Below, piece by piece: positions 36,360 to 48,917 of a DNA stretch of 64,000 nt; position 1 is the stretch's first letter, and every line of letters begins with the position of its first letter. Made by a program: the position numbers and the translations under genes. The stretch is from Vicugna vicugna (taxonomy: Eukaryota). The notes under the pieces are model-generated. The model saw nothing but the letters and a program-made list of their open reading frames with translations. It did not search any database and was not told the origin of the DNA. The stretch lies in the NCBI GenBank assembly GCA_013265495.1, contig MU057801.1, positions 1,357,879-1,421,878 on the forward strand, given 5' to 3'.

Positions 36360-36869
36360 TTTCTTGTTTTCTTGGTCGGGCGCGCGGCACCGCGCTGACT
36401 GGTAGTCATGCGCGCAGCCGGGGGAAAAGGGCCCCCAGGAGGTCTGTTCTTCTCTCCTTTGACACCAAAGGGAGGACACCCGGGCTGCCACCGCGCACGG
36501 ATTTACACAAACTGCATGTTGGAGCTCAGCCCAGGTTACTGAGAAGTCTGATGTCTTCTCCTTCTACCGTGTTATTGCTGGAATTCACTGTATGTTCTAC
36601 CGAAAGACTAGAGGGCAAGTACCACGTACACAGACTGGAGGCAAATTACGAAGGCTCGTGGAGATGCTACATCCGGTAACACACAGAGGATACGAACACA
36701 GGCTAGATCCAGGACATGCGACGGTTTTGTGGGGTCCCTGCACTGCCAAGCTGCAGCCAGGCCTTCGGGGGGCCGGCTGAGTCTCCGCAGTTTCACAGTA
36801 GAATGGAAGGAGTGCCGGAACATCCAAGAAAACGGGTGTGTACATATTTTAAAGCTCGGTTAGGAAGTA

Positions 36870-37023
36870 CAGTTGTCTGTCTGTTATCCACAGAGGACTG
36901 GGTCCAGGACCTCTGCGGGCACCAGAATCCTCGGATGCTCAAGTCCCTTATAAACAGTGGAGCAGTCAGCCCTCAGGGTGCTTTTCCATCCACAGGTGTG
37001 GAGCTGTGGGTACCGAGCAACTG
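36870..37023. mobile_element. MER2/Tigger-family non-autonomous DNA transposon
   Basis: Preceded by TA; imperfect TIRs cagttgtctgtctgttatccacag / ctgtgggtaccgagcaactg; internal ggatgctcaagtcccttata. Confidence 0.75.
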
Positions 37024-37399
37024 CTCTACCCATTCTTGGCTATGAAGACAGGCAGACCTTTCGAGATCAGCTAATTTAACCGTATTCGCTTCCTTTCTAA
37101 CTCCGTTCGTAGGAGTATGTGTTCTTTTTGGCTTCTGAGCAGTCTGTGTGCACGTGTGTGTGGTGTCCTCTCTGTGCGTGGTCCTTGTGTTTTATATTTC
37201 CTAATGTGATCTTTCGCCACACATCCATTTAAAAAATCTGAATTGACCAAATTATGACTGTTTTTCTTTGCATTCTTTTTAAATGGGAGAAAATCACATG
37301 AAAGTTGAATAGCAAGTATACATGACTGAGACCCAAGAAAACTGAGGAGCTCACCAAAGTGGCCGAGGCCCTCACCGTAAATCTGCATTTTGTTTTCAA

Positions 37400-37556
37400 T
37401 AACTTTTTCCATCGGCTTCACCGAGGTGTAACTGACGTGTAAAGCTGTATACACCTCAAGTGCACAACATGACGACCTGATGTACATACACCCTGTGAAA
37501 CAGTTACTGCAACCAAGGTGGGTAACGCATTCGTCCTTTCGCATAGTCACCTTTTT
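37400..37556 (-). mobile_element. L1MA9-like 3' end
   Basis: ccgaggtgtaactgac...gtgcacaacatgac...tgtgaaacagttactgcaaccaag...catagtcacc. Confidence 0.65.
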
Positions 37557-37599
37557 AAAAAAATAACTTTTAAAGAAGCAATTCTTTGCTTTCTAAGTC

Positions 37600-38620
37600 T
37601 GTAGTTTCTTAGACTGAGCTTAAGATTTTTAAAGGCCTCATGCCCATCCCTAGTTTGTTTCTGTGTGTGCTGTGAATAGGGAACCTGCTTTTATCTTGTT
37701 TTTGCAACACCGCCCATGAAGGAGAGCCTCCCTCGCACCCCATCAGCCTGTGCTGCCGCTGCGCCCACCCTGAGGTGGGTTGGCTTTTTATTCTGCTGCA
37801 TTTAAAAATGCATCTATCCCTGCTACTTCCACATGGTTTTAATTCCTAAAATTTCATATCAAGCCCTCATATTTTGTAAGGCAACCCCCGCTCCATGTTC
37901 TTCATTTTCAAATTAATCTTATATATTCCGAATCTTCCCTCGCTGATACCAGGGTTTCTCCACTTGGGCCCTGTGGACGTTTGGGGCCGGGGCACCCTGT
38001 GTCGTGGGGGCCTGTCCTGTGCTTTGAAGGATGATTGACTGCTCCCTTGGTCTCGTGCCAGTGCACCGTCAGACGCCTAGTGTCCACTTGGGGGCAAGAT
38101 CACCCCTGGTCACGCTGGGCGTTGGCTGAAATTCTGTTAAGTTTACAGATCACTTCTGGGGAGAATTGCTGTCATTATGCCGAGTCTTCTGGACCATGAA
38201 TGTGTTTCTTGTCTCTACACTTTCTCAGTTGCATTTCATGTCTTTTAATAATAACGTCCCCCAGGAAGGTTGTGCGCGTCTCTTGTTCGATTTGTTCCTG
38301 AGCTCCAAGGAGTGTGTTTGCTGTTAAAAAAAAAAAATCTTGTCTTTTCTAGTTCTGCTCTCGAAAGGGTCACCCTTGGTGGAAAGGAACGTTTGTTCTG
38401 TGTGTGTGTCCATCTGCGCCTGCACGTCTAGTTGGATTCTTAAAGCCTCATTGTCTGTCTGTGCGTCTTCTAGAATGTCCTCTGGAGACCGCCACATTGT
38501 CTGCAGGTAACCACAGGCCTGGCCCACCTTCTAGCATGCTTGCACCTTCACCTTCTTTTCCCTGTCGTATTGCACCGGCCGGGACCTGCAGGAAGAAGCT
38601 GAATGTGGCAGGGATGGAGG
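37600..38620 (-). mobile_element. Highly degraded old L1 ORF2 fragments
   Basis: ttttgcaacac, acatggttttaatt, ggggagaattgctgtc...gagtcttctggaccatgaatg, cattgtctgcaggtaac motifs in colinear order. Confidence 0.5.
37949..38115. mobile_element. MER20 hAT element
   Basis: cagggtttctccacttggg...ggacgtttggggccgg...gggcctgtcctgtgc...gggggcaagatcacccctggt. Confidence 0.75.
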
Positions 38621-39094
38621 GAGACTCATCTCACGAGCACGGCACAAAGCCTTGTCCTCGTCCAAGATCGTTCGGTGAGTCAGAGCTGAGGCCAGGCAAG
38701 GCTTGAAGGCTGCCGAACTTCTCTTTCCTTTATTCTTTCTTGCTGCTTCTGTCTTGGGCTAGTTAAGATGAAAACAATTTGCTGTCGGAACTCTTGTGAT
38801 TTTAAACCTGATAAAACCTTAAGAGAAAGTTACCTCTAGTCTTTTGTGTGTCTTGATACTGACACGAAGCCTGTGTTCTTCTTTGAATATTCAAGCACGC
38901 CAGCTATTTAAAGCTAGTGTCTACAGGCCTGTGAGCGCGTTTCCACATCTCGTCAGCGCGAGGCTTTAGGATGCCGCGGGTCCTGTAGCAGAACTCGCCA
39001 CGTGCTGTGGATCACGTGAAGCGAAGCGGGCACTGTGCTGGGTCCTTTTAAAATCTGCTTCTGTGGTGTCTTTCTAACAGTGCTCTGTATGGAT

Positions 39095-39190
39095 GAGCCT
39101 CATTTTACAGATGAGGAAACTGAGCTTCAAAGCATTAAGTGACCTGCCTAAGGCCTCTTGTTTCTAAGTTTGCAGCGCCTGGACTCAAAC
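39095..39190 (-). mobile_element. MIR SINE
   Basis: cctcattttacagatgaggaaactgagc...taagtgacctgcctaagg. Confidence 0.8.
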
Positions 39191-40379
39191 GAAGGTTGGA
39201 CACCAAAGTGCGCGGTCTTCTTGCTCTGTATTGTGGTTACCGTCAGGCGCACACGTGGGAGATTCATATTAGCTGAATTCCAGTTCTGTTTGGAGGGTCT
39301 AGGGATGAGCTCTTCTTGGTGCTTTAGACATTCACTGTGTCTGCTTGGATTGGGAGAATGCAAGAAAAATAAAGCCAGTGAGGTTTTCCCTCAGCATTGT
39401 TTCAATGTACACGTACACACAGCGATAACAGGTCCACGCTTGTGAACGTCTCCCCTGTGCGGGGCACGTTGTGCGTGTTATATCTTATCTGCATAAAAAC
39501 TGGGGAGGAAAGTCTGTCTAGTACCGTTTTAGAGATTGGGAACCTGGGCTTCTTCGAGATTTAGCAACAGTTAAGAAGGAGCAGAGCCGGGTCGCACCGG
39601 CCGGACACCGCAGCGGGCTGACCAAGCTAAGCTGGCTGTCAGCTCAAAGCTGTGTTTTGGTTGTGCTAGATTCTCCATGGAAAAAAAATGTGCTCCAGCA
39701 GCTGCATTATAAAGAATCATTTCCATCATTAGGCAGTATGTGGAGCCCAAGAGGGGCTTCTGTAAACATGAGTACATGTTCCCAGACAAAGGAGATAATA
39801 TCTACGACAAACAGCCATTATCCAGAACATCTGTGAGGCTGTTTCTCCGCGTTTTAGATAATGCACGGTGAGCCCCGACTCAGGTGTGCTCCGGAGGGCC
39901 CCGCCGCTCCCGCCCGGCTGGCGGTGGCCTCTGGGTGGGATGAACGAGAGGATCTGTTGATCGTGGCGCACACCGCTTAATCAAGCACTTTGGCTTTGGA
40001 TCAAGTCTTCTATATTGTTAGCTCTAATTATAGCTGTAACCAACACTACTCATCCTGCTTTGCAATTTACATAGCGATCCCACATTCAGTGTCTCCTAAG
40101 CATTTAATCCTCAAAACAGTTCTGCTCGGCATCATTAATACGATCCTGCTAATAGTGTTTTTGAGATTGTCCACGTGACTCGACAAAGAGAGACAGCCAG
40201 GAGGCGCCATTTTCTGAGGAGAGGGCACTTTCGCAGCGGGGGTTAATGTGCTGCTCCGCTGTAATCGTGACCGGAAAAGAAGATGAAGGAATTTGTATCC
40301 AACAGCAGACTGCATTGATCTCCGGAAGTAAGAAAGTTTCAGAAAAGCATCCTCATTCAGTAGAGCATCGCATTTCTTT

Positions 40380-41660
40380 CATTTTTTTTAAGTGTCATTT
40401 TTATTTTACACATATAAATGGTCCCCTTAAGTACACACTGTCCACAAGTACAAAGGTACACAGGTGTGTCTCTGAGGAATCACGTAGTCCCTTAAAGCTA
40501 GCGGTGAGACGGTGCCCTGCCCCACCGCGCCCTCGCCCTGTCACCGCTGGCGGGCGGCGCTGAGCTCCTGAGGTGCTCGGTTATTGATCACTACATCCCA
40601 GACTAGGTGTTTCTAGTGCTATTTCGTGTCATACAGTTTGCCGTACGGTGTGCTGACTTCCTGCTCTGAGGGGGAGGGTCTAGAAAGCACGCACTTGTGC
40701 CCCCCGCCCCACCCCCCCAACTGCGGCCTGGCCCAGGTGAGCGTCGCCTGGAGCCCAGACTCGCCACGTGCCAGACTTGCTCTGCTTTTCACGTGCAGCT
40801 TTGCCCCCCAGTGTTGGTTATGGTCTCTTTTAGAAAACAATTGTTCTTTTTTTTTTTTATTTACCAATCACAAATTCATTTTTGAAAGTTTGCCAGAAGC
40901 CCGTTTCTTCCCCAGATATTCAAACATTTCAGGAACCCATCAGTTTCTGGCCTGGGTGACACCCCTCCTGGAGGCCCCCACCCCCTGTGCCAGGACAGCG
41001 TCTCTCCAGGCCTCGGGCAGCTGTCATCCTGGGAGATCCTTGGACCTTCCTGACTCTCTGCTTTCCTTCTGGGATGGAGCCCGTGGTTTCTAGGTCCTGC
41101 ATCTTATTCTTTCTTTACTTCTCCTCCCCCATTTTAGCAAAGCGTCTCTCAAGTTGCTTCCTGGAAAAGGTGCCAAGACGAGACATGTCTTGAAGGCTCG
41201 GAGGTTTGAGGATGGCTTTATTCTGCTGTTTTCACTGGCTGACAGTTTGGCTGAGTATAGAATTCCAGGTTGGAAGCATTTTTCCCCCTAGTTTGGTGTT
41301 GCTATTGAGAATCAAAGACATTTTGATTCCTACTCCTTTGTATACGAAACTTTATTTTCTCTATGGAAACGTTAGGGTCTCCGCTTTATCACCAATACCC
41401 CGAAATTGCCAAGTAATCAGCCGTGATGTGGGTCTATTCCCACCTGTTTTGATGGGCATTTGATGGGCGCTTTCAGTCTGACTCATGGCTTCCAGTTCTG
41501 ATAAACTTCACCAAGTCACTGGTTTTTAGATAATATTCTCCTTTCTGTCATTTTGCTCTTGAACTCTCATTACTGGCTGTTGGGCCTCCTGGACTGACCT
41601 GGTTTCAAAGATACCTGAAAATTTAAATTCTATCTCTTTTGTTTTTCGGAAGAGATTTCC
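40380..41660 (-). mobile_element. Old L1/HAL1-like fragments
   Basis: gacagtttggctgagtatagaattccaggttggaagcattttt...gttgctattgagaa...ttgattcctactcctttgtat resembles HAL1. Confidence 0.6.
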
Positions 41661-41835
41661 TTAACTGTGCTTGGCAACTGCTACAATGCGGGTGTTTACT
41701 GCGTGTGTGCAGCCGTTTTCACCACAGCAGAGTGGCTGTGGCTGAAAGAGATGCCTCATGAGATGCACCTGTTTCAGGCCAGGCGGGGAGCGCTGCCGTA
41801 GCAGCATCCGGTCATGCCCACCCTGGTGGGATGCC

Positions 41836-41930
41836 CATTCGTTCACTCGCTCATTCGCTCGCTCAGCAATTCAGCAACTGTTAATTGAGAGCCGACCCAG
41901 AGCCAGAGGCAGAGCTTTTGGCATCGGAAG
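41836..41930 (-). mobile_element. L2 3' end
   Basis: cattcgttcactcgctcattcgctcgctcagc...attcagcaactgttaattgagag. Confidence 0.55.
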
Positions 41931-42379
41931 TGGTTACAAGTGGTGACAGAGTTACCGCTGGGAAGTCGGAAGGGGGCCCCAAGCACCCCCACTCCACTGG
42001 GACTCCTCCTCTAACTGCTCCTAAGCAGACGGCTCATCAGCTCCCGTTTGCAACCTTCCTCAGACCTTTGGAACTCAGCCCGCCAGCGCCCGACCCTCCA
42101 GTTCTTAGCCTTTCCTTGTGGCCTCAACTCCAGGCGTCTGCTTCCGTCTTCCTCTGCCCTGACACTGCCTTAGACGTCGCAGAATGCGTCATGGTATTGG
42201 TACCTGCTGGAAGTGCATCTCCATTTCTGGTTTTTACCAGGAAGACCCAGCAGGTGCACATTCGGCTGTGCCGCTCGGAGCACCTGCCGGCTCAGGTGTT
42301 CACTGACGGGAGCCGCCTGCCCCCGCGCGCAGCCCCACAGGCATCGTGGGCTGGGAGCGCGCCCCTTCTGAGACGCCTT

Positions 42380-42482
42380 CCTCTCCTTCTCTCACCTCCT
42401 TACCCTTCTGCCAGTGCTGTGCTCACCCCCCAGATAAGCTACCTGTGCCCGAGTCTGCTGCTGGGGGAACCCAAGCCAAGAT
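42380..42482 (+). mobile_element. LTR16/LTR33-like ERVL LTR 3' end
   Basis: cagataagctacctgtgcc...gtctgctgctgggggaacccaagccaaga. Confidence 0.5.
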
Positions 42483-42999
42483 TTGCGTTTAGACGCCTGG
42501 GTAATCGTAGGCATGACGTCGGGGTTTGTCCTCCTTGTTTCATCAACACTAGGCTGTATCGTGATTCTTCGTGGTCTGAGATGAGATACTACTTACCCCC
42601 GCCGTCTCCTTCGCCTTTTCTCTTCTCTCCCATGTTTTTTTTTCCCCAGCTGTCTTTACTTTGACAGTTTACTTTCCTAACATTTACGTCTGCAACCATA
42701 TTGAAATCCTCTTGGATTTTTTTTCCCTACAAGTTGATTTTAAAAGTTGAAGGCCAATCAGCGTATGTCAGTATGCCTTGAAAATGATCTGTAATTCAGG
42801 AACCAGGTCGGGTCACCTGCCTTCTGCACGGGTTCAGTGTCCAAAATCATAGGTCACTCAGAGGAGAATGCTTCTCACGCCAGGAGTGAACGGTGCCCCC
42901 TTGGTAGACCCCAGTCCCTTCCTCACAATCACGCCACGTTTTAGTGTGTTCCATGCCAGGACCCGACCCTCTCATACGGTTTTGTGGTTTTTGTTTACG

Positions 43000-44100
43000 C
43001 TGGAGTTTTTTGCTTGTAGAGACATGTTGCGAGTCACGAGTCCTTCCTGACTTGCTGTTCCTCTGGGCTGGTCCATTCCGGTTTTTCTCGACGCCGCTGC
43101 TTGCAGCCCACCCACGTGCTGTGCTGCTTTGGACGGGCTGGTCTCAAGACTGACTCTCGACTCTCGTAGACTTCCTTTCAGCGCACATCAGGGTTAATTC
43201 TGCTGTTTCTTTTTGTCCTGTTCTTTCATTTTCACTAGTCGTCCTTCTTCTTTCGTTGTGGCAGAGTTATGTCATCTCCACAGAAGGATGTGTGAGAGGT
43301 TTATCTTCTGAGTCCTTGCATGATCGAAAATGTGTTAATTTTATCCCAGACTTAGTAATCATTTGGTTAAACATAAAATTACAGCGCACATTAGAGTGTA
43401 AAATACTAACTGTTGGGCACACTAAGTTTCTCAAGTAGCCTTGAAAGTTCTCTGCGTTGTCTGATGATACTCAGTGTGGATGATACTAGCGTGCACCTCA
43501 AACCTTTGTGTTTGACCTGTTTTTCCTGTCTGCAAGCACTGCGTGTTTTCTTTGTCTCTTTGCTCTTCTGACCCTTCAGAAGTAGCTACAGAGTTCTGAA
43601 TCATTTCTCATTCGCTTTGCTGGTGCTCAGAGAGCCATTTTAATGTGAAGTCTTGGATTAAATCCTCTGATAACTTCCCTTATCGCGTGGCTGTGGGAAT
43701 TTTTTCCGAAGCTCTTGTTTCTGAGGCCGTTTTCCTGGACTGCGCCCCCGTGCGCGGTGCCATCCCCACCGTGGTTTTGGTTGGTGTATGTTTGTTCTGT
43801 GTTCTTGGGAATCCCCTTGGCATTACCTCTCAATTCCTCCATTCACTTTTTAAAACCAGAAAACGCTTCTGTTAGTTTCCAAGAGCTCTTTCTTGTTCTT
43901 TGTTCTGTTTTCAGAGCATCCTAGTCTTGGCTTGTGGGTATAATAGCTCAGATCCCTCTGAGGGTACCCATTCGAGTTTCTCTTTTTCCCTAAAGTCTTC
44001 TTCGGTTTCCTGAATTATGTCTGTCTTCTCCAGGGTCATTTCTTCCCGTCTGTTCCAGTAGGCTGTAGTGTGTGTTCTCCGCGTCCCCGGGGTGGGGGGG
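43000..44100 (-). mobile_element. Second HAL1-like degraded fragment
   Basis: tctgagtccttgcatgatcgaaaatgtgttaattttatccc...aaacctttgtgtttgacctg; colinear with 41100-41660. Confidence 0.5.
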
Positions 44101-45539
44101 CCTTTGTTGTTGTCAGTTTCAAAGGAGGAGGAAATGCGTGAATTTCCCTAGGCAGCTGGGGTGCGCCTGGCCGCTGTCACCGTGCGGACTGGATGGGGAG
44201 CCTTCGGGGGGAGCAGGGCTGATTGGATCAGAGGCTTTACTTTGTTCTGGGGGAAAAGGCAGGGATGGAGCCTTGGGCCGGGGGCCCTCAGATGCCAGCA
44301 CGGGCTCTGATGCTGGTGCCCACCTAGGAGTCCTGACTCCCAACGCCTGGAAAGTTTATTCATTTTAGAGAAATGCTTGAGGTGGCGCTGCCCTTCCCCG
44401 CCCCCGAAGCCGCAGGTGCACGCTGTGTGGTCTGCCCGGCTGCCCGGGCTGTGCTCAGAGTCCGGCAGTGCTGCAGGGAGGGACCAGCTCGGTGGGTTGG
44501 GGCATCGATGTGGAACCCCTCTCTCCCCAGCAGCCCCTCTCTTTCCACACTTGCCCACCGCTGGGCCTGCCCACACCGCGCCTGGAGGCCCCTTGGGGTC
44601 TCCCAGCAGCTCAGCCCCTTAGCGCACTTGGAGCCACGGTTTCCCCGCACAGCTGGCTGTGAACATGCTTCCGCCCACCTGGTCCTGATGCTCTGTGTTT
44701 GGTAATCTCTCATCCCTTGATGGTTGCTCTCCTGGCCGTTACCTTTTGCTCTTAAGGGATGGCTCCCCTTTCCCGTTTCCCTGTTACCCTGGGGAGTCTA
44801 GGAGAGGAGGACAGATGTTTATGCCTCTTCCTCTACTGTTTGCTCAATTTTGAAATTTCTCCTTTGGGTTCATTGTCCTGGAAAATAACTTGTGCCTCTT
44901 TAGATGTTTGTCGATCAAGGAAGGGGCCTGGGGAAGGTGGGAGGGGCGCCTGCGGGCGGCCGGCTCGGCCCTCTGTCCTCCCAGGAACCTGTGTTTGTCC
45001 TGGCAAACGTGACCGAAGCCTGTCTTAACCCGCAGCCTCCGCGCTGGAAGGAAGTTCGCTGTCTATCTGCTGTTACCTAAACGGCCCTTGGAAGGTCTTC
45101 CTTCCTGCCCCTGCGAGCTTATTAGAAAGCATTGTTTTTAGTCATTTTGTTCCGAAAAGCCCTGGTGAATACCGTTTTCTCCAGGTGGCTCCGTTTCCAA
45201 GGATGCTCCAGCTACCTTGCAGAGCGCATCCGGCTGGCCCGGGTGCGGCGGCTCCCACCCCAGGGCACCTCTGGGCGGGTGGGCAGGTGGGTTTTCCAGG
45301 GCAAGCCCTGTCGGGAGCGCAGTTTGGGGGAATTTCAGCGCCCCCCTCCCCCGCCCAGAGGGGCAGCCCTCAAAGCTGGGGACCCGGGACGGTAAGCTTC
45401 TCCCGGCTGCAGGTCCTGCCACTCAGCCGGCCCCTTGTCTCCTCCCTGCACTCACTCCAGCCTCTCCATCTCTGCCCGCTTCCAGCAGCTCAGAGTGGGG
45501 TCACCAATTAGAGCGAGAAACAAAAAGCCCCCCAGGCCA

Positions 45540-46050
45540 GCGTGGTGCCCAGCCCTGGGCTTCCCGCTGCTGTCTGCGTGCGTTTCCGCCCCCGCGCCCG
45601 GCCGCTCCCCCGCGCGCCCACCCGCGCCTTCTTTATGCCCCTTGAGCTTCGGTTTCCTCTCCCCTCCTTCCCCCTCGAGCCACACAGAAGGAGGCAGCCC
45701 CCTTTCCTGTCCCCTCGGGACCCCCTCAGCATCTCGGCATCTCGGCGCAGACCCGCCACCTGTGGGATCGCAGGCCATGGCACGCAGCCACTCAGAGGCA
45801 CAATGGGGGCTCTCAGAGCCTCCGGTCGCGCCTGGGCCGCGCGCCAGCTCGCCGGAGGGGCGGCCTGGCCTCGCAGGGGGAGTGTGGGCCTGGCGATCGG
45901 AGCCGCACAGAGCCGCCCCGACTTGCTGTGGGGTCTGGGGCCGTCACTTGACCTCTGCTGGGCACCTCGTCCTGGACAGGAAGTCGGGGTGGGCTCCCCG
46001 AGGATGCGGGTGGAATTGCCAATGAGGCCCGGAGCCCCCACCCCGCCCTG
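45540..46050. other. CpG-rich patch
   Basis: ccgcccccgcgcccggccgctcccccgcgcgcccacccgcgcc and similar. Confidence 0.55.
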
Positions 46051-46083
46051 CAGTGGCTTATTGGATGGGGGCTGTGGGCACAT

Positions 46084-46320
46084 CACTCACACACACGCAC
46101 ACACGCAAGTGTACACACATCCGTGCCCACAAAGACATGCAGTCAGAGACACAAACACAAGTACACACCCACAAGCTTACACAGACTTTGACGTAAACGT
46201 GCACACCCAGACATGGAAATAGCCACACATCACGGACACGTTTGCACACAGACACGCACACCCGTTCTACAGGCACACGCTCCCTCACACGCCTGTTCAC
46301 CGCAGTCAGGGCACACATGC
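46084..46320. repeat. Degenerate (CA)n low-complexity tract
   Basis: cacacacacgcacacacgcaag...acacgcacaccc. Confidence 0.75.
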
Positions 46321-47419
46321 ATGTGAAATAGAAACAGAATGTTAACTCTTCTTCACAAAGAGAACACAGGACCCCTCCTTCTCTCATTCTCAGTGCACAG
46401 TCCGCAGCCCTTGTGAGCTGGTCCTGGGCCAGGCAGCGAGGGGGACGACAGAGCAGCAGCGTGGCCCCGGCCTCGGGGGGCTCAGTGGGTGCGTTCAGAT
46501 GACACAAGCCACCCGCTACGAGCCACAGCAAGTTGTGCTCCGGAGGAGAGCTTATCTGGTGGAGCACCTGACCGGGAGAGGAGGGTCCAGGAAGGCAGCG
46601 AGGAGGAGGTGTCCTGGTTCGTTTGGGTAGACGCGGGTACCTGTCATTTAGCTGGACTTGGTTTTGGAGCACAGGCCGCAGCTCTGGCTCCAGGCAATGC
46701 TATAGAAGGCGTGGAAAGAATGAAGGATCCCTTTGACCCTTTCTTCTCCGAGGACGTGGCACCATGTGCCGGCTGTGGCCGCCCTGGGCTCTTGGCCAGG
46801 TCAGCGGGCTGGTGGCCAGGCTGGCGCCGCCCTGGGCATCTGTTGACACCTAGACTCTGTCGACACCACAGTTAACTCCCTGCATGTGTTTCTCTTGTGG
46901 ATAAACGTCTGCAGGGGTCAGTGGCATTTTCCGAACATGGCTGCAGCAACATTTCTGAGCCCCAGATGCTCTTCTGGAACCTCGTCACAGCCCTTCAAGA
47001 GGCAGAGTCCCTGTCCCTCCCCATGAGCCTCTCTGAGTGCCTTCGAGGACGCAGTGGCGCCTGCGCCCTGAGGCGAGGTGGCAGGACTGGCTTTGTTTCC
47101 GCGTGGCTCTCTTCTTACGGACAGCGCCTTGGGAGCCCGGTGCTCACGCGTAAGGAGGCTGGCTGGGAGATGTGCGGGGCAGGGGAGGGTCCCCCGTGCT
47201 CCAGGCTCAGCCCTTCGCGACCCCCCAGCCGAGCACCAGCTGTGAGCTCGAGGACTTCGGCCCGCCTTCGGGCTGCCCCGCGGGCGCCGAGTGGCCCGGA
47301 GGGGCCTCTCCCTGCAGGGTCCCACACTGACCCCACGTGCGTGACCAAACCAGAGGTGCAGTTGGCTTAGGTCACTAAGTTTGTTTGTTGGGTTCTTTTT
47401 TAAACCATCATTGATTTAT

Positions 47420-48375
47420 GTATTTTTATTAAGGCTTTAGTTTTTAAGCGTGGTTTTAGGTTCACAGCAGCTGTGAGCAGAAGGTACAGAGATTTCCTTC
47501 CGCACAGGATCCCCGCCTTGCTGTCAGCATCTCCTCCCAAAGACTCCCCTTGACCACTGACAAGCCGGCTCAGACCCGCCATCATCACCCGGAGTCCAGT
47601 TTGCCTGGGGCTCGCCCTTGGCGCTGTGCCCTCTGCGGGTTTGGACACACATATAGTGACAAGTACCCACCACGACTGCCACTCAGAGTAGCTTCACTGC
47701 CCTGAAAGTCCCCTGTGGTCCCTGTTCGTCCTTCCTTCCCCCAGCCCTGGCAACCACTTGTCTCTTCACTGTCTCCACAGGGCTGAACGTCATAGTGTTG
47801 GAATCATACGGTATGTAGCCTTCTTGGATTAGCTTCTTTCAGTTAGTAATAGGCATTTAAATTTTTCCATGTCTTTTCATGGCTTGATAGCTCATTACTT
47901 TTTTAGTGCTGAATAGTACTCCATTGTACGGATGTACCACAGTTTGTTTCTCCATTCATGTACTGAAGGCGGTCTTGGTTGCTTACAGGTTTTGGTAATT
48001 ACAGGTAAAGATGCTAGAAACATCTGTGTGGAGGTTTTTGTGCGGACATAGATTTTCAGCTCACTTGGGTGAACATCAGGGAGCAAGCCTGCTGGATTAT
48101 ATGGCAAGAGTGTGGTTAGTTGTGTAGGAAAGCCCCACACTGCCTCCCAAAATGGCTGCACCATTTTGCACTCCCACCAGCCATGGACGGGAGTTCCTGT
48201 TGCTCCACGTCGTTGTCAGCGGTTGGTGACATGTCCCGGGTTTGGTCCCTCTCACAGTGTGCAGTGGGGTCTCGTTGCTTTAATCTGCACTTTCTTGATG
48301 CCATGTGATCTTTGAGCATCTTTTCAGGTGCTTATTTGCTCTTTGTGTCTCTTCTTTGGTGAGGGGTCTGTTGAG
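47420..48375 (-). mobile_element. L1MC1/L1MC2-like 3' region with ORF2 C-terminus remnant
   Basis: ggttttaggttcacagca...agaaggtacagagatttcc; ORF 47895-48164 (-) ...KQPRPPSVHEWRNKLWYIRTMEYYSALKK. Confidence 0.88.
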
Positions 48376-48917
48376 GGAGCCACCAAGTTTTGGGGAGATT
48401 TGCTATTGAGAAATAGACAATTGGAGAATCAGGTCGAGGAAGAATTCAGTCAGCTTTGGCCTGAAGGACTGAGAAAACCCTTGAGTGCTCTTGGAGGTCT
48501 TAATTAAACATGCACAGTCTTCATGTGTGGACTGTTTCCAAACTGTTCTCCTACTGACAGCCCCACAGAGGGAAACCCAAAGCATCAAACTGCCTCTTCT
48601 CATGCGTGTGACGTCACACAAGCTACCCACACCACAAAGAGGACAGTCACTTGCGGTGAGGGACACCTGCAACCAGGAGCCTCCTGCCCCACCTGCCCCA
48701 TGATGCATGATGTAACTGGTCCACAGGGGGAGTTAAGAGACAGAACATCCTGACTTAAAGATACATGTTTAAAAGCATTTCCAATCTACCATGGGTGGGA
48801 TGGATAGTTTTATTAGATACAGTACAAATGAGTTACTAGGAAAATGAAATAAAAATAGACATTCAAAATTCAGTTCCTAATTTATTATTAGACTTCACAG
48901 ACCTGAAGTCACCCTGG

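Noticed and set aside
41885..42664. 259-aa + strand ORF
   Set aside because: Starts in an L2 remnant, crosses an LTR remnant, has a non-ATG start and no recognisable homology.
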